DNA of 64,000 nt from Camelus dromedarius (Eukaryota). The notes under the pieces are model-generated. The model worked only from the letters and a program-made list of their open reading frames with translations. It ran no database searches and was not told where the DNA came from. Below are positions 11,479 to 24,826 of this stretch, piece by piece; the stretch's first letter is position 1, and every line of letters begins with the position of its first letter. The position numbers and the translations under genes were made by a program. The stretch covers positions 91,452,001 through 91,516,000 of the forward strand of contig NC_087436.1 in NCBI RefSeq assembly GCF_036321535.1, read 5' to 3'.

Positions 11479-14400
11479 TCCACAAGAGTGCAGTCAGGGC
11501 TTCAGCAAGTATATCCCAGGTTCATGTTGAATCTGAAAGACATCTTGCTCAGGCAAAGAGAAAATGGTGCCCCTCAAGGATCAGATCCACGTGGTTCCCA
11601 GCTCAGTGAGTAGAATCTACACTGTGCAAACAAAACAAAAAGAAACAAACAAAACAAGGATGTTCCTTCCTCTGTTGAGAACCTGCCCTGTGTCAGTCTG
11701 CATTTCAACCTCTGTCTCTTCCCAGACAGAGTGCTTTTTCACAGCGCACACATTGTACAGCTGTGCATAACAGCATGGGTATGGTTTTGTAAAAGTTACC
11801 AGAAAAAATAATTCAACAGAATGCATTTTCCTATTATCTAAGAAATTCAGTCAGAAATAATAGCATCAGTGTCCTCTGAGCCTGATCCATCGTCATTCTG
11901 AGTAAGGTGTGGTGGTCGGCAGGTTGTTTTCTCAGCTAGCCAGGTTGTTTTCACCAAATCCCTTAGGGAAGAAGGTGAAGAGCTATCGGGTCTGGAAATC
12001 CTATTGTTTCAAGGGTCTACATTTCAGGTCCCCCAGGAACAGTAGCATGTCCAACTCTGTCAGAACAAGCCATAGGATAGTTTATAAACTCTTCTTTAGG
12101 AAAAAACAAACAGACAAGCATTAATCTAAGTGAAGCCTATACAGGGATATAAATCTGCTACAATAAACAGTACATTTACATGACTAAATATAACACTTAA
12201 ATGTTTGATCCATAAATTCTTCCTTTCAGTTGCTTCCCTGCATTAAGGTCTTGCCTAACTCACAAGGTTCTACAGAGTGATTTATCTTTCACTGTCCAAA
12301 GGGAAATGGCACAAAGATAAATTCAAGTTTTAACACTTGGTGAATAGAAATTCTTCAAACTTTTAAATGACAGTCTGCACAACTTAAAATGACAACAGCT
12401 ACTTAAGGTGAATTCCCAGCTAGGAAAATTCCCACATTGTCAGAGAAAATCTTAATCAGAGACATAGAGAACTAAAGTAGGAATGGAATAATTAAATTTT
12501 TTAAATGATCTTGAGAATAACAGAGCTGTTTTCTCTCTCTCCTTTCTCACTTTTTCTTCTTCCCCTCTCTCCTTTCTAATGCCATTAGTTATGTGATGTT
12601 CTCTTCTACATTTTGTCAGCTTTCATAAATGTGCACCTAAGGGGAAACACTCAAGATAATCTTGAGTTCAGTAAGAAATAAGAGGATGATCCCCATCCAG
12701 TCCTTGTGGATGCAGTTATCTCCCTATTTACAGTTAGTCAGAGTCCCAGCTCTGGTTTACAGTTGATCTCTTTGGAACTGATCCTCATAAAGAGTATGAT
12801 TTGACATCAGTGGGTTAGAAATGATTTTTCCTAATGTGAATTCTGCACAAATACTTTAGCAATAATATCCAAGTTTGTCTGAGCTCAGTTTTGACTAATC
12901 AGAGTGCTAGAGTGTCCAAGGAGAAAGGGGTGGCAGGTTCTCCAGCACCTTACTTTATGTAGAAAGTAAGCACCCTGTCTGAAACTTAAAAAAAAAAATC
13001 TATTTAGTGATTTTGAATTTCTCTTAAAATATACCTATTTCCTTATCTTTAAATTGATGAATCCGGCTGACTACCAAATTTGTGTAATTTTATGTAGAAT
13101 TCAGTATTTTTAGCCATATTTTTCAGATCAGCATAATTACAGATATCTAGAGCAGATCAGGCTGCTAGTATTTTAATCCACATTTCAACTATTTAAAATG
13201 GGTATGTCACCTCCAATGGCATGTCACTAGAAGAGAAAAACATAAAATTGAAGAGACCCTTGATGACTGAAATAACATTGTTGGATAAATCCATATAAAA
13301 CTCTTAACCTTATTCTGAAAGAGAAGTCACTAGCTTTTTTTTTAATATTTAAAATGCAAATTAAATTATTATTTATTAAAATAAGGCAATACTCTAAGAG
13401 CACCACTAAATTACACTTAACTTAACAAGATTAACCATTGAGGATATGCCAGTTTTAGCAAATTCAATTGCAAGCAATTTTGATGAACTTTTATTGATTT
13501 ATCCTCTGTTATAATTATTTTCCTTGTCTATAGACTTAAAAATAGTAAAGTTATCTTTAATTTGCTAAATGAACATACAGAAATATAGTGCAGGCCCCAT
13601 TATTTTCTTTCATATTGCCCACATTTGTTGCCTTCATAAATTTTTCATCAGCAGAGATTGTTTGTCTTATTTGTTAATTTAGTATGTGTTTACATTCTAC
13701 TTTTACCAACTGGAATGTTAACTAACAGGTCACTTCTCTGCTTTAACAGTATCTGTTAAACAGTATACTGTTTCTAGTATCTGTTGTAACTTTGACACAT
13801 ACTTGACAGCTCATAAATGTTTTTTGAATGGAACAGTGAATAATGAATTATACTATATTCTGGATACATAAAACATTTTTTCATTAAATAAACACTTATT
13901 TGCACCTATTAGATGCAAAGTATTCTTATGAAAAATTGTTATCTTGCAATAGATATGCAGGAAAAAATCAGATATACAGGCTTAGTTTTCAATCATACTG
14001 AGACTTATTTTACTTGAATTAGAGTTTATATTATTAATCTAAGAATCCATAGAGATCAGGAAAAGAACAACTGTTAGTGCCAGATAATCTAGTATCAACT
14101 CTGATTTGAGAAAAAGCAGGTAGGCTGAAAAGTGTTTTTCAACAACAATAAAAAAGATGTTATGACTTCCCATCTTTAAGAAAGGATTTAGAAATTATGT
14201 CTACATTAAAATACGGAAAAACAACACTTTCAACTGAGACATCTGGTTTGCTCTCAATTCATTTTACTGTGGTCATTTATTGAAACCACAAGTAATTAAC
14301 ATTATCCTCGTTAACTGACTAACTAATGAACTCACTCTTCTATGAGTAATTGTTTATATGTATCCATCTGTATACTCTCTTAATGGTAAATAAATATTGG

Positions 14401-16399
14401 TTCTTCTACTTTACAAATCTGTAACATAGCAATTTCATGCTAACTTGATAGTATCATGAAAACAGTGAATACATTTTAACAGTGTAATTATCCTTGTGTT
14501 CTCATTCTCTTATTCATCCTTCAGTCACATATTGTCCATACATTTCTTGGGTGCCTGCTCTGCATCAGTCATTTAAAAGTTTGCTATAAACAAACAGTGT
14601 GTTAAGTAGATCCTGCAACAAAGGCCCAAATCATACCTACCGATGGTTATAGCAGTATACTCTAAAACAAAAAGGGAATATCCATTTACAATTACTGTGT
14701 TCCTTAATGTGTTGAAATATAAATTAACTTAACATTAACTCTAAATATTTTTGGAAAAAACTGGACAGTGAAATAATTTCCACGATCGTAAAAAATGACT
14801 ATAAATGAAAACCTACAATATTTGAAACACTAAATTTTTGTTCTTTGTTGGCTATTCTTCAATTAATAAATATTTATTGAATAGCCAACAAAAAACTACC
14901 TACCAGTAAAACACAGATTTATATCTGTTATAAGTTACTTCACTGAGTGTAAATAAGAACTCTCTCATTGAGGTTTATGATTTGCAGTGGCTTACTGGAA
15001 GGTATTATAAAATTGATGTGACCGGATACCACTGTAAGTAGGATTCTCAAGAGACTGAGTTTGTATGTGACGCTCAGGAGAGGGAGACTTCCATGTTATT
15101 CCCAAGGTCATGTCTACTCTCTATGTATGGCAAGCACATTTGCAATGTAACATAACTCTAAAAAGTGCTGGACCAAGGTTTTACCAGGTCACAATTTCAT
15201 CAGCCAAAGTCAATGGCTGCTGTCTAAAGATTTGCAGCTACAGCAGAGACATGGAAATTTGTTACAAATGTCTAACAGTTCCCATTCCAACTTCTGACAT
15301 ATGAAAGGATTAATGCTGTGCCATTTAAAAAAATGTTTTATCTTGCATTAACTTTCTTGATGATTAGTGGAGCTTTAATCAAGTGGGAGAGAAAGACCAG
15401 CTATTCAAACTACTGAATCCTGAAAAGGTCACAGCCTTGCCGCGTAATCCCGTAATTTACTGTCTCCCAGTACATACTCTAAAAAAGTTCACATTCTCTT
15501 CTCAAAGGCAAAACACTAACTATTTGACATAAAGTCACCACACTCACTGAATTCAAATCCAATTTAGGTCAATGCTGATAACACTGTTACCTGTGTAAAA
15601 GCATTACTCTGAAGAACATAGCATAGTAGAATTATATCAAAGCAAAGCAAATTCATTTTACAAGCATGTATTATTAAGTGTGAAGTTGAAAGTACTGTAT
15701 ACTTACAAGTGACACAAAAATGTTTTTAAAAATCATAGATGGCACACGCGTAATGACTAGAATCTTTCATCATTCCAATGCAACAGTCATCCAAGAGATT
15801 CCCACATAAGCCTTTCTGCCAAAGTTAGCTTTTTCTAACCAATGCATTGGAGACTCTTCCTGGATCCCATTCTTGGGATGATGGCTCATGCTTTTTCTTA
15901 CCTGCATCGACTCGTTAGTGATGTTCACAGCATTACTCACGCAACAGAATAGTATGCCTTATGTGTAAATGTCATTAATTCCCATGTTCATGGTCTTGTT
16001 TTACAGACACACTATCCAGACTCAAAAATCACCTTTTTGTTTTGACTCCTAGAGTAGCTGACTTGTTTTATTCTTCCCTGGAGCATTAAGGCTGTTTCAC
16101 TCGTCCATTCTCCAAGTGCAGCCTCTGACTGCAGCTGCCTTCTCTGCCACTTTATAAAGCCAAGGCTGAAAGTTCAGTGCTTTCCTTGGTGCTTCCCAGA
16201 AACTTCATTTTATCTCTCTTTCTGAGAAATTATCATTCTGTAATTTTTTGAGACTTTTAAAATATTTCAAATAATTTAAGAAAAATAAGTTTCAAGAAGA
16301 ATCTCATGTATCCATGTTATACTATAAAGTGATTTTTGGTTGAGATAGAATTTTTTAAAACAATTATTTTATTTTCAGTTTTATCAGAGGGTCACAGAA

Positions 16400-17270
16400 G
16401 GTTTATAATGAAAATCACATATTTGTTCATTCATTCTATTTCTGGGTTCTTTATTCATTCCATTGGTCTGTTTTTCTATTGTAGAACCAATGTCACTCTA
16501 TATTACTTATTTCTATAAATCTGCAGTCCATTAGATCAAGTTCTCCCAACATTTTATTCTTCTTCAAGAGAGGCTTTTGTTATTCCTAAAATTTCCATTT
16601 TTGAATACATATTAGAGTTGGCTTGTTAGGTTGTACACACACATGCACACACACATGTTTTATTAGGATTTTACTAAATTTATACATAATTTTAGGGAGA
16701 ATTGGCAACTTTAGTGTATTCAGTCTTGCAATCCATAGACATAATAGATAGCTATACTTTGGATCTTTATGGCGACTCAATATATTATAAAGTTTTCCTC
16801 ATATGTGTCTTACATATAGTCCATTTTATATTTTTGAGCTATTTGATATAACATATTTTTTAAATTGTATTTTCTAATTCTTTGATTCTGGTAGATAGAC
16901 AAACAATTGATTGCTTAAAATAACTGGTTTTGTAACAGCAATCTTAATAAATGTATTAATTCTAATAATTTATTTATTTATGCTACTTGATTTTCCAAGT
17001 ACCTGCATATCATCTGTGAATAATGAGTTCTGTGTCCTCATTTCCAAGCAGACGTTATATTGCTATTAGATGCATTACTGTTTGACCTAGGATGTCCAGC
17101 GTAGTGTAGAACAGAAGTGTTGGTAGGGCACATCCTTGTCTTTTTTCCTGATTTCTTAGAGAACACTTGGGAAGTTTCACTATTAAGTATGAAGCTTGCT
17201 ATATATGGTTTGTGGCTTCCCTGTATCAGGTTAGGAATATCTCCTTCATTCATTAGTTTGTCAAGGTTTT
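16400..17270 (-). mobile_element. Old LINE-1 ORF2 remnant
   Basis: The minus-strand ORFs give CLWIARLNTLKLPILPKIMYKF and KPYIASFILNSET...KSGKKTRMCP, degenerate L1 ORF2/RT motifs. Confidence 0.75.
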
Positions 17271-17868
17271 CCCTGGATTCTCTGCTGCTGCTACATTCAG
17301 GGGTGAGAGGAGCGAGAGCAGTACCACTTGGACAACTGCCGTGCGTCAGCCCTTTCGTTTACCAACTCGATTTCTGCCAGTTCCTTTTTTTCCCTCTGCA
17401 CCTGTCTGCTCAAAACTGGGAGCCACATCGCTGTTTTGGTAGAAAAGTGATCCCTTATAGCTGGTAACAATTTCTTCTTTGTGTGTTTTGAGCTGCAATT
17501 AGCTATATGATAGCAATCATTTTCTACCTCCCAGAAAGTCATCAGCGTTCCAATCCAGTAATATTTCTGTTTCTTAGCGCCATCATGAATGATAATAATA
17601 TCATTAATAACATGTCACATTTCTGAGCACCTAATAAGTATCAGAGACTATACTGAAAGTTTTGTATCTGTCAACTCATGTAACTTTTCCTCATTTTTCG
17701 TGACTTCATATGATTTTAATTGGATTCTGGCAGAGTGGAGTATGCAATTCAACTCTTAAGCTGAAAGCTCATTTACAATTTAAACTGTAATTCTGTTTTT
17801 CTAAAAAAAGTTTACTTTTGGTTGTTTTTCATTATTTAATTTCTTACCATAACAACTGTTTTGATATA

Positions 17869-18214
17869 CAGTTGACCCTTGAACACATAGGGGTTAGGGG
17901 TACCAGAGCTCAGACAGTCCAAAATCTCTGTGTAGCTTTTGACTCCCACAAAACTTAAACTACTAAAAGCCTCCTGTTGACCAGAAATCTTATCAATAAC
18001 ATAAACACTTTGTTTTATGTGTTTCAATTAACACATGCTGTGAATGTTATATGAATTGTGTATTGTATTCTTACAATAAACTGGAGAAAGAAAATGTTAT
18101 TAAGAAAATTGTAAGGAAGAGAGAATACATTTACAGTATACATATGTATTCATTGAAAAAAATCCACATATATGTGCACTGTACAGTTTAAATTCATGTT
18201 GTTCGAGTCAACTG
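17869..18214. mobile_element. Tigger2a/MER8-like TcMar DNA transposon (MITE)
   Basis: Terminal inverted repeats CAGTTGACCCTTGAACA ... TGTTCGAGTCAACTG, flanked by TA at 17867-68 and 18215-16. Confidence 0.85.
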
Positions 18215-18585
18215 TAATATAATTTTCATTTATGTATTTGTAACTTTTCTATATTTCTTACCACTATTCCAAGAGTGAAGTATACTAGTTCACCAGTAAT
18301 CCAAATCCACAATTTTCATCTGTATTTACTAATTTTCCTATAACTGATTTCTTAGTGTTAAACATTTAGTTTTAGTGTTTTAATGAGAACTATGATATTA
18401 TTTTTTGCTTTTAAATATCAATGAATAAATAGAGAACACATCCACCAATATCAAATTAATTAAAAAAAACTTTGGCTTTTAGAATGATGCATTAAATTTT
18501 AAGCTAAAATATAAAATCAAATATTAGTCCAGAGCAAATTTAGTAAAACATATACATTTTATAATAAATAATTCTATCGCTAAGA

Positions 18586-18757
18586 AAGTGGTTCTCAACC
18601 CTGGCTATACATTTGGATCACCTAGAGAGTATTAAAAAGCCCTGCTGACTAGGCACTATACCAATTTGAATCAGAATCTCTGGGCTTTGGAATCCAGCAT
18701 TAGAATTATTACAAGTTTCCAAATGATCCTAAGCGCAGTCATGGTGGGGAAACCCTG
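18586..18757. mobile_element. MER5A-like hAT-Charlie element
   Basis: AGTGGTTCTCAACCCTGGCTATACATT...GAATCAGAATCTCTGGG...GGGAAACCCTG. Confidence 0.8.
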
Positions 18758-20079
18758 ACTTACGAGACTCACCCCGTTGGGAACAGGTCCATGCTATCCA
18801 TCCTGTGTCCCTAGTGCCTGGCACACAGTCGTATTCCCATCACATGCAGTCTGGCTCGTGGAAGTGATAACGCCAGTATCTTTTGCTTCCCCACGACAGT
18901 GGTATGAGGAAGTTCTTCCCCCCGACTCCGTATTCATCTCAAATCTGTCTGCTTCCCCTGCAAAGGACCTTCTCCTTTTAAAACCTTAAATGAAACCTCT
19001 TGGTCCTGTCTGAAGGACAATTCTTGAGTTAGTACTTCAGCAGAGCTAATGGCCAACACCTGAGTACAATAGCTATCTGCTCTGCCTACTCCTCTTGGGT
19101 TTCCTTTGAAGGCTTCCCACTTAGATATTCCCAAGGCAAAGTGGCTATTTTTAATGATCTTTGGAGATTATTCCAATAAATGTTATGTTACATATAATTG
19201 AATGAAAAACAATACTTTTCATACTGTGTAATGAGGTAAAATCTTATGCAAATTGGTAAAAGGCCTTACTGGACATTCCTATAATTATCTGGAAGACCAA
19301 GTGAATACAACCTCAATGAGATTAGTAAATAAATTATGAGACATTATAATCCATAATGAGGAATAGTAATATCAAAGAAATATAGAATTTAGTAAATTAA
19401 CATGATTGAATTCTCAAATTAAGACTCTTAATCAAAGGTCTTAAAACAAGAACAGAATACTACAGCAAAATAAACTTTTGTTAAACATTTAGTTGAAGGA
19501 AAAACTACTAAGAGATTTATTTTAAACATGCACGTTGCTTTAATGGAAAGACAAGGACTGCAACAACAATGAACACAACTTCTCTTTCTACATTAAAAGC
19601 AAAACACTCTTTTGGGACCAACACATGCTAAAATCTTTTGAATTAAGTTATCCTTAAGACTATAGTGAGAATAATTTATTCCATTCTGGGTACCTCATTA
19701 AGAGAAATATTCAAATGAGCTAAGGACACCCTTTTATGAGAAGATGGTAAAATGACTCATACATCACTATACAATCAAATCTATAGATCTATTTACAGCA
19801 TAAAAACTGCTTGCAAGGAACACATTAATTCAATGTGGTTAATGTAAAAGTGAATTGGTTTCAGTCAAGAATATCAAATATCAAAATAAAGAAAATTAAG
19901 GTAAAGTTTTTCCAAATTTAAGGTCAGATGTGAAAGAAAGTTAGGTTTTTTTGAAAATACTATTACTCCTCTGAAAAATGTTTTCAAAATATTTATAGAC
20001 ACATGTTATAAAATTTATATGTAGAGAGCAAAGTCGGAAGGTGTCCAAAGATCTGACTATAGACATTTCAAAATGACTT

Positions 20080-21110
20080 TCAAATGCATTCTAAAATCCA
20101 AAAAAAGTTACTCTACAAAATGTGGCCCTGGCTATCACTCTGACTTTACCTCCTGCCTTTTCCCCCATTATTTACCCCTTTCCACCCACTCTGGTTGCCT
20201 CAAACTCAGCAAACCTGATTTTGACTATGGCCTTCACCTTTCTTTTTGCCTGGAAGCCCCAGGTGTCAACACAGCTGGCTCCTAATTCGGAGCCTTCTCT
20301 GAGGAGCCCATCTAAAACAGCCTCCCCAACCCCACCACTATCCCTGCTCTGACCCTGCTTTATTTTTCTCTGAAGAATTAAATTGATAGTCTGTATTTGG
20401 TACTTATGCATATCCATCTCCCCACTAGCATGTACGTTCTATGAAGGCAGAGATTTTGGTCTGTTTTTTATTCACTTATTTTCCTAAACATTTTATTGAA
20501 ATATGACTTGCATACCATCAAATACACCCATGTATGTGTAAACTTCAATTATTTTTAGTAAATGTGCAAAGTCGTACACATGTCACCACAATTCAGAGGT
20601 AGACTAGATCCCAATTATTTCTTGTGTTCACTGCAGTCACCCCTGACTCCCACCTCCAGACCCAGGCCAACATTAATCTGCTTTCTTTTGGGGGAGGGGT
20701 CAACATTTTTTTTTATTGAGTTATAGTCATTTTGCAATGTTGTGTCAAATTCCAGTGTAGAGCACAATGTTTCAGTTATTCGTGAACATACATACATTCA
20801 TTGTCACATTCTCTTTCGCTGTGAGCCACCACAAGATCCTGTGTATATTTCCCTGTGCTACACAGTACAATCTTGTTTATCTATTCTACATTTTGAAATC
20901 CCAGTCTGTCCCTTCCCACCCCCTAATCTGCTTTCTGTCACTGTGGATTTCCTTTTCTGAAAGGTTCGTGTAGATGAAATCATATACTAATCCATGATGC
21001 ATTGCACTTTTATCTGTTTTATTTCTTGCTGTACCCTACTTAAGACAGGGCCTAGCACATAAACGACCCTCAATAAACATTTATTGTAGAAATACAAGAA
21101 TGAATCAATG
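20080..21110 (+). mobile_element. L2 3' remnant interrupted by nested L1 fragments
   Basis: CCCCACTAGCATGTACGTTCTATGAAGGCAGAGATTTTGGTCTG (~20420-63) resumes as GGGCCTAGCACATAAACGACCCTCAATAAACATTTATTG (~21048-87). Confidence 0.65.
20687..20923 (-). mobile_element. Young 5'-truncated L1 3' end with 13-bp TSD, inside an older L1 3' end (~20480-20990)
   Basis: TAATCTGCTTTCT occurs at 20674-20686 and 20924-20936. The insert is highly similar to 46582-46800. Confidence 0.9.
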
Positions 21111-22838
21111 CAAGTTTGGGACTAAAGGCTGCAATAACTACTTCAGATATAAATTCTCTAGATGAGCAGTTTTAGTAGTTTAAATTTAAAATTTCTTATT
21201 AAAGGGAATAAGGGAGTAAGAAAGAGAAAAAAAGAAGTGATAATTTAGAGTAATAAGAGTCCTGCATGGTGGGATAAATTTATGACTCCTGAATATCCAT
21301 TAAAATATGTAAATTCAGGAAATTTTTAAGGATATCAATGCAAATGTTTTGACTAAAAATATGAGACTCCATAGCAGACAATCCTTTACTATAGCAATAG
21401 GAAATGCTAAGGGCTGCAGGTATAAAGATAAATTTTTCCTTGTTTTCCTAGATAATACATAGCATAGATAAATCATTTCTATGCTTCTGCTGATAAATAT
21501 CTCAGAAAAAATCAGCGCATCTTTATAATAAGGCAACTCAAAGATCAGCAGTTTACATTGGTCTTTTTAAGTCATTGACCATAGTTGTAAACTACAATTA
21601 TAAATTATATTATATGTAGGGTAGGTAAAATGGTCCCTTGGACTCTGAATTTCTCTTGATTAAATATGGTTCTTAAAAATAATCTTTTGCTTCTACAATT
21701 GTCTCTGAAGTATCAAAATTTAGCTCATACATTGGAGAGTTTTTAAAAAATAAAATTACATTCAGAAAAAGACCAGTCACTGTGTTGTTATTTTTAATAC
21801 CTCCTATGCAATATATTAGTTTTGACCAGTTAAGCTGTTTTCCTGATTTTGCCTTTTTTTATGAAGTCAGTGGGCAAACAATTGGTCCACAGCTTTGGAG
21901 AGCCAGAGTTTGAAATTTGGTGAGCTGTCCACTGTCATTCTCAGTAAGTCCCTTACGTCGCTTGAGAGAGATTACCAAACATAACTTTTTAATGTATTGT
22001 TTTGTTTTTCACATTCCTGACATTTTTCTTTTCCTTCCAAGTGGCTTGTCTATAAGGAATATCATGACATTAAAAAAAAAAGTTCACTTATTTTTACTCT
22101 TATCTAAGAATTCTAGTTATTTGAATGTGTTAGATGCTTTGCTATGTTATCTTATTTGAAAATATTCCTGCCTGCAGTAAGTTGATAAAATGTTATTGTC
22201 CATGTACATTTTCAGTAGGATTTTTTGAGTCTGTCTCAGAGAAGAGAGCTGAATGGTGAAGTGAGATAAACAATGTCCAGGAAAGTTAACCACTTGTGAA
22301 TTACAGTTTAACTAGCTTCTTCTAATATTGATCAGACCGCAGAGCTGCTTCAAGTTGTGTTAATTTTCCCCCATTTTCTCTAGCTGTAATGTAGAGAATG
22401 CACTGAAAATTGAAAGTCATAATCAATAGAGGAAGGTGACAATTCATGATTACAAGAAGAGACTTGTTAGTAGGTGCATTATCAAAAGACAGAGATTCGA
22501 ATTTACTTAGCATCTATTAGGCTTCAGATACACTTATGACATCTTAATAAATGCCGTTTTACTCAAATAATAACCATGTGAATAAGTATGATTTCTATTT
22601 AATCTGTGAAGGAAGAAAACAACTGATAGGTAAATTGATTGATATGGATAAACTAGTAAATAGGAACTTTTCAATATTACCAGTACTTTCAAGGAATGAG
22701 CTTTTGGGTTTTGTTTTCTTCATGAAATTACTGTTTTTAATTTATTGTTATCTATTTTTATCTTTATATTTTCTCTTTTTCTTAATTTGCATTAAATTTG
22801 CTTTTTATTTTTCTAATTACTTAAGGTGGTTTTATACC

Positions 22839-23051
22839 AGGGGTTGAAATACTGAGGCTTTCAGGACAAATTTGAGCCATGACTTGTTTTTCTATGACCC
22901 TTGGACTAACAGTGAATTTTATATTTTTTAAGTATTTTCAAAACTACAAACAAACAAGCAAACAAAGAATATGTGACAGAAGCCATAAATGGACCACAAA
23001 GCCTAAAATATTTACTACCTTACCCTCTACAGGAAAAGTGTGCTAATTCTG
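22839..23051. mobile_element. MER58-like hAT-Charlie element inside an old antisense L1
   Basis: CAGGGGTTG...GGACCACAAAGCCTAAAATATTTACTACCTTACCCTCTACAGGAAAAGTGTGCTAATTCTG. Confidence 0.7.
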
Positions 23052-23327
23052 GTTTCGACCACTCACATTTTATGTCATTATTATATTACTGATGTGACAT
23101 ATACTAAATCTACTATCTTGCTATTTGTTTTCTATGTGTCCCATCTACACTTCGTTCTTTTTATTCTCTTTCTCTGCCATCTTTTGGGATATTTTTATGC
23201 TTCCATTTTATTTATGACAGGCTTGTAGCTATAACTATAATTCTTGGTTTTAATTTTTAGTAATTTCCCTAAGGTTAATAATACACATATTTACTTATCA
23301 CAATTCCTTTCCAAATAATAGTTCACA

Positions 23328-23540
23328 TGCACCATTACAAATATAATAATCATTTAAAAGGTTGAAATATCATGAGAATTACAAAATGTGACATACAGAT
23401 ATGAAGTGAGCAGATGCTGTTGGAAAAATGGTGCAGATAGACTTGCCTGATGCAGTGTTGCCACAAACCTCCAGTCTGTAGGTAACACAGTATCTGTGAA
23501 TTACAGAAAGTAAAGCACAGTAAAATAAATCATGCCTGTA
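23328..23540 (+). mobile_element. Tigger1 3'-end fragment
   Basis: GAAGTGAGCAGATGCTGTTGGAAAAATGGTGCAGATAGACTTGCCTGATGCAG, ending ATGCCTGTA. Confidence 0.8.
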
Positions 23541-23884
23541 TGTGGCCTTTGTGAGCTAGTACAAAGGAGATTTCTGGAGTAACTTCTCCATCTTCCTGGC
23601 TCAAGGTGCTGCCTACCAAAATATCTGTGACCAAGTATTTGTTTTTCAGGGCTGCTCTCCTTTAGGAATATTTTGCACCTGCAGCCTCATACTCCTGCAC
23701 TAGAGAGTGCTCTCATCCTAAGATGTTACATTTGGTGCTTACAGACTCTTCTGGGATCTGCTTCTTCTGCCAACTAATTTGGAAAATTTCACTCTTACCT
23801 CCAATATTTCTGTCCTTCTCAATTAAGTTTGTTTTTAGGGATTATTCTTCAAGGTCAGGCTCTACCGTCTCATTTAGAAGACAG

Positions 23885-24259
23885 TGTTATGGTCAGTTTT
23901 ATTTGTCAATCTGACTAGGCTAGAGTTCTCAAATATTCAGACTCTATTCCCGGTGTTGCTGTCACAGTACTTTGTAAATGTGTTTAGTATCTACAATCAG
24001 TTGACTTTAAGCAAATAAAATTATCCTAGATAATTTGGGTGAGCTTGATTCAATTAATGGGGGAATGTTAAGAACAGAACTCAGGTTTCCAAGAATAAGA
24101 AAGGGGGGTGAGGGGGAGAGAAAAGGGGAGGAGGAGTCAGAATTGTATCTGTGGATTGCAGTGTCAACTTGTGCCTAAAAGTTCCAGCCTTCACTTCATA
24201 ACAGATTCCCCTAGAACAATATATATTTCTGTTTCTTTAGGAGAACCCTAGTTGATACA
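23885..24259 (+). mobile_element. MLT2-like (ERVL) solo LTR
   Basis: Starts TGTTATGGTCAGTTTTATTTGTCAATCTGACTAGGC and ends TTCTGTTTCTTTAGGAGAACCCTAGTTGATACA. Confidence 0.8.
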
Positions 24260-24680
24260 GAGTATATTTTAATATTTCTAGGGTTCTTGAAGGTCACACA
24301 ATTTTCTCAGAGTCCATGAAGATCTTTCAAAGTTTTCTTGGAACAATCAGCCTAAGTTTGCACTCAGAATTGTTTTGTTTTTTTTTTTCCATTTATAGAT
24401 TTGGCAGCCCTGGGAGTATCCTACTCAGATACTCTGCAAGGAGTATTGTTAGTGGACATCATCCTCTGTGGTGGGCAATATCTTTGGAATATACTTCAGT
24501 GTCCACACCAAAGCTATGATCTCCCTAAACTGCTCTAAGCCAATGACTGAGGACAGTAGGATTAATAGAGCTGGACCATTTGAGTGCAATGTAGGATTAT
24601 TTAATGTGCTATCTTTGTTAATCTAAACCCATTCATTTGATTGAGACTTTCTCAGAAATACATAGCACTACCAATTTTCT

Positions 24681-24826
24681 TTTTTCTTAATTAATTAATT
24701 TTTATTTTATAAATTTTGTGGGGGAGAGGGTGATCAGGTTTATTTTTTAGTGGAGGTACTGGGAATTGAACCTAGGACCTCGTGCCTGCTAAGCACGTGA
24801 TCTACCACAGAGCTATATCCTCCCCC
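24681..24826 (-). mobile_element. tRNA-derived SINE (Vic-1-like)
   Basis: Same family as 8991-9172, with an imperfect flanking repeat CAATTTTCT on both sides. Confidence 0.85.
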
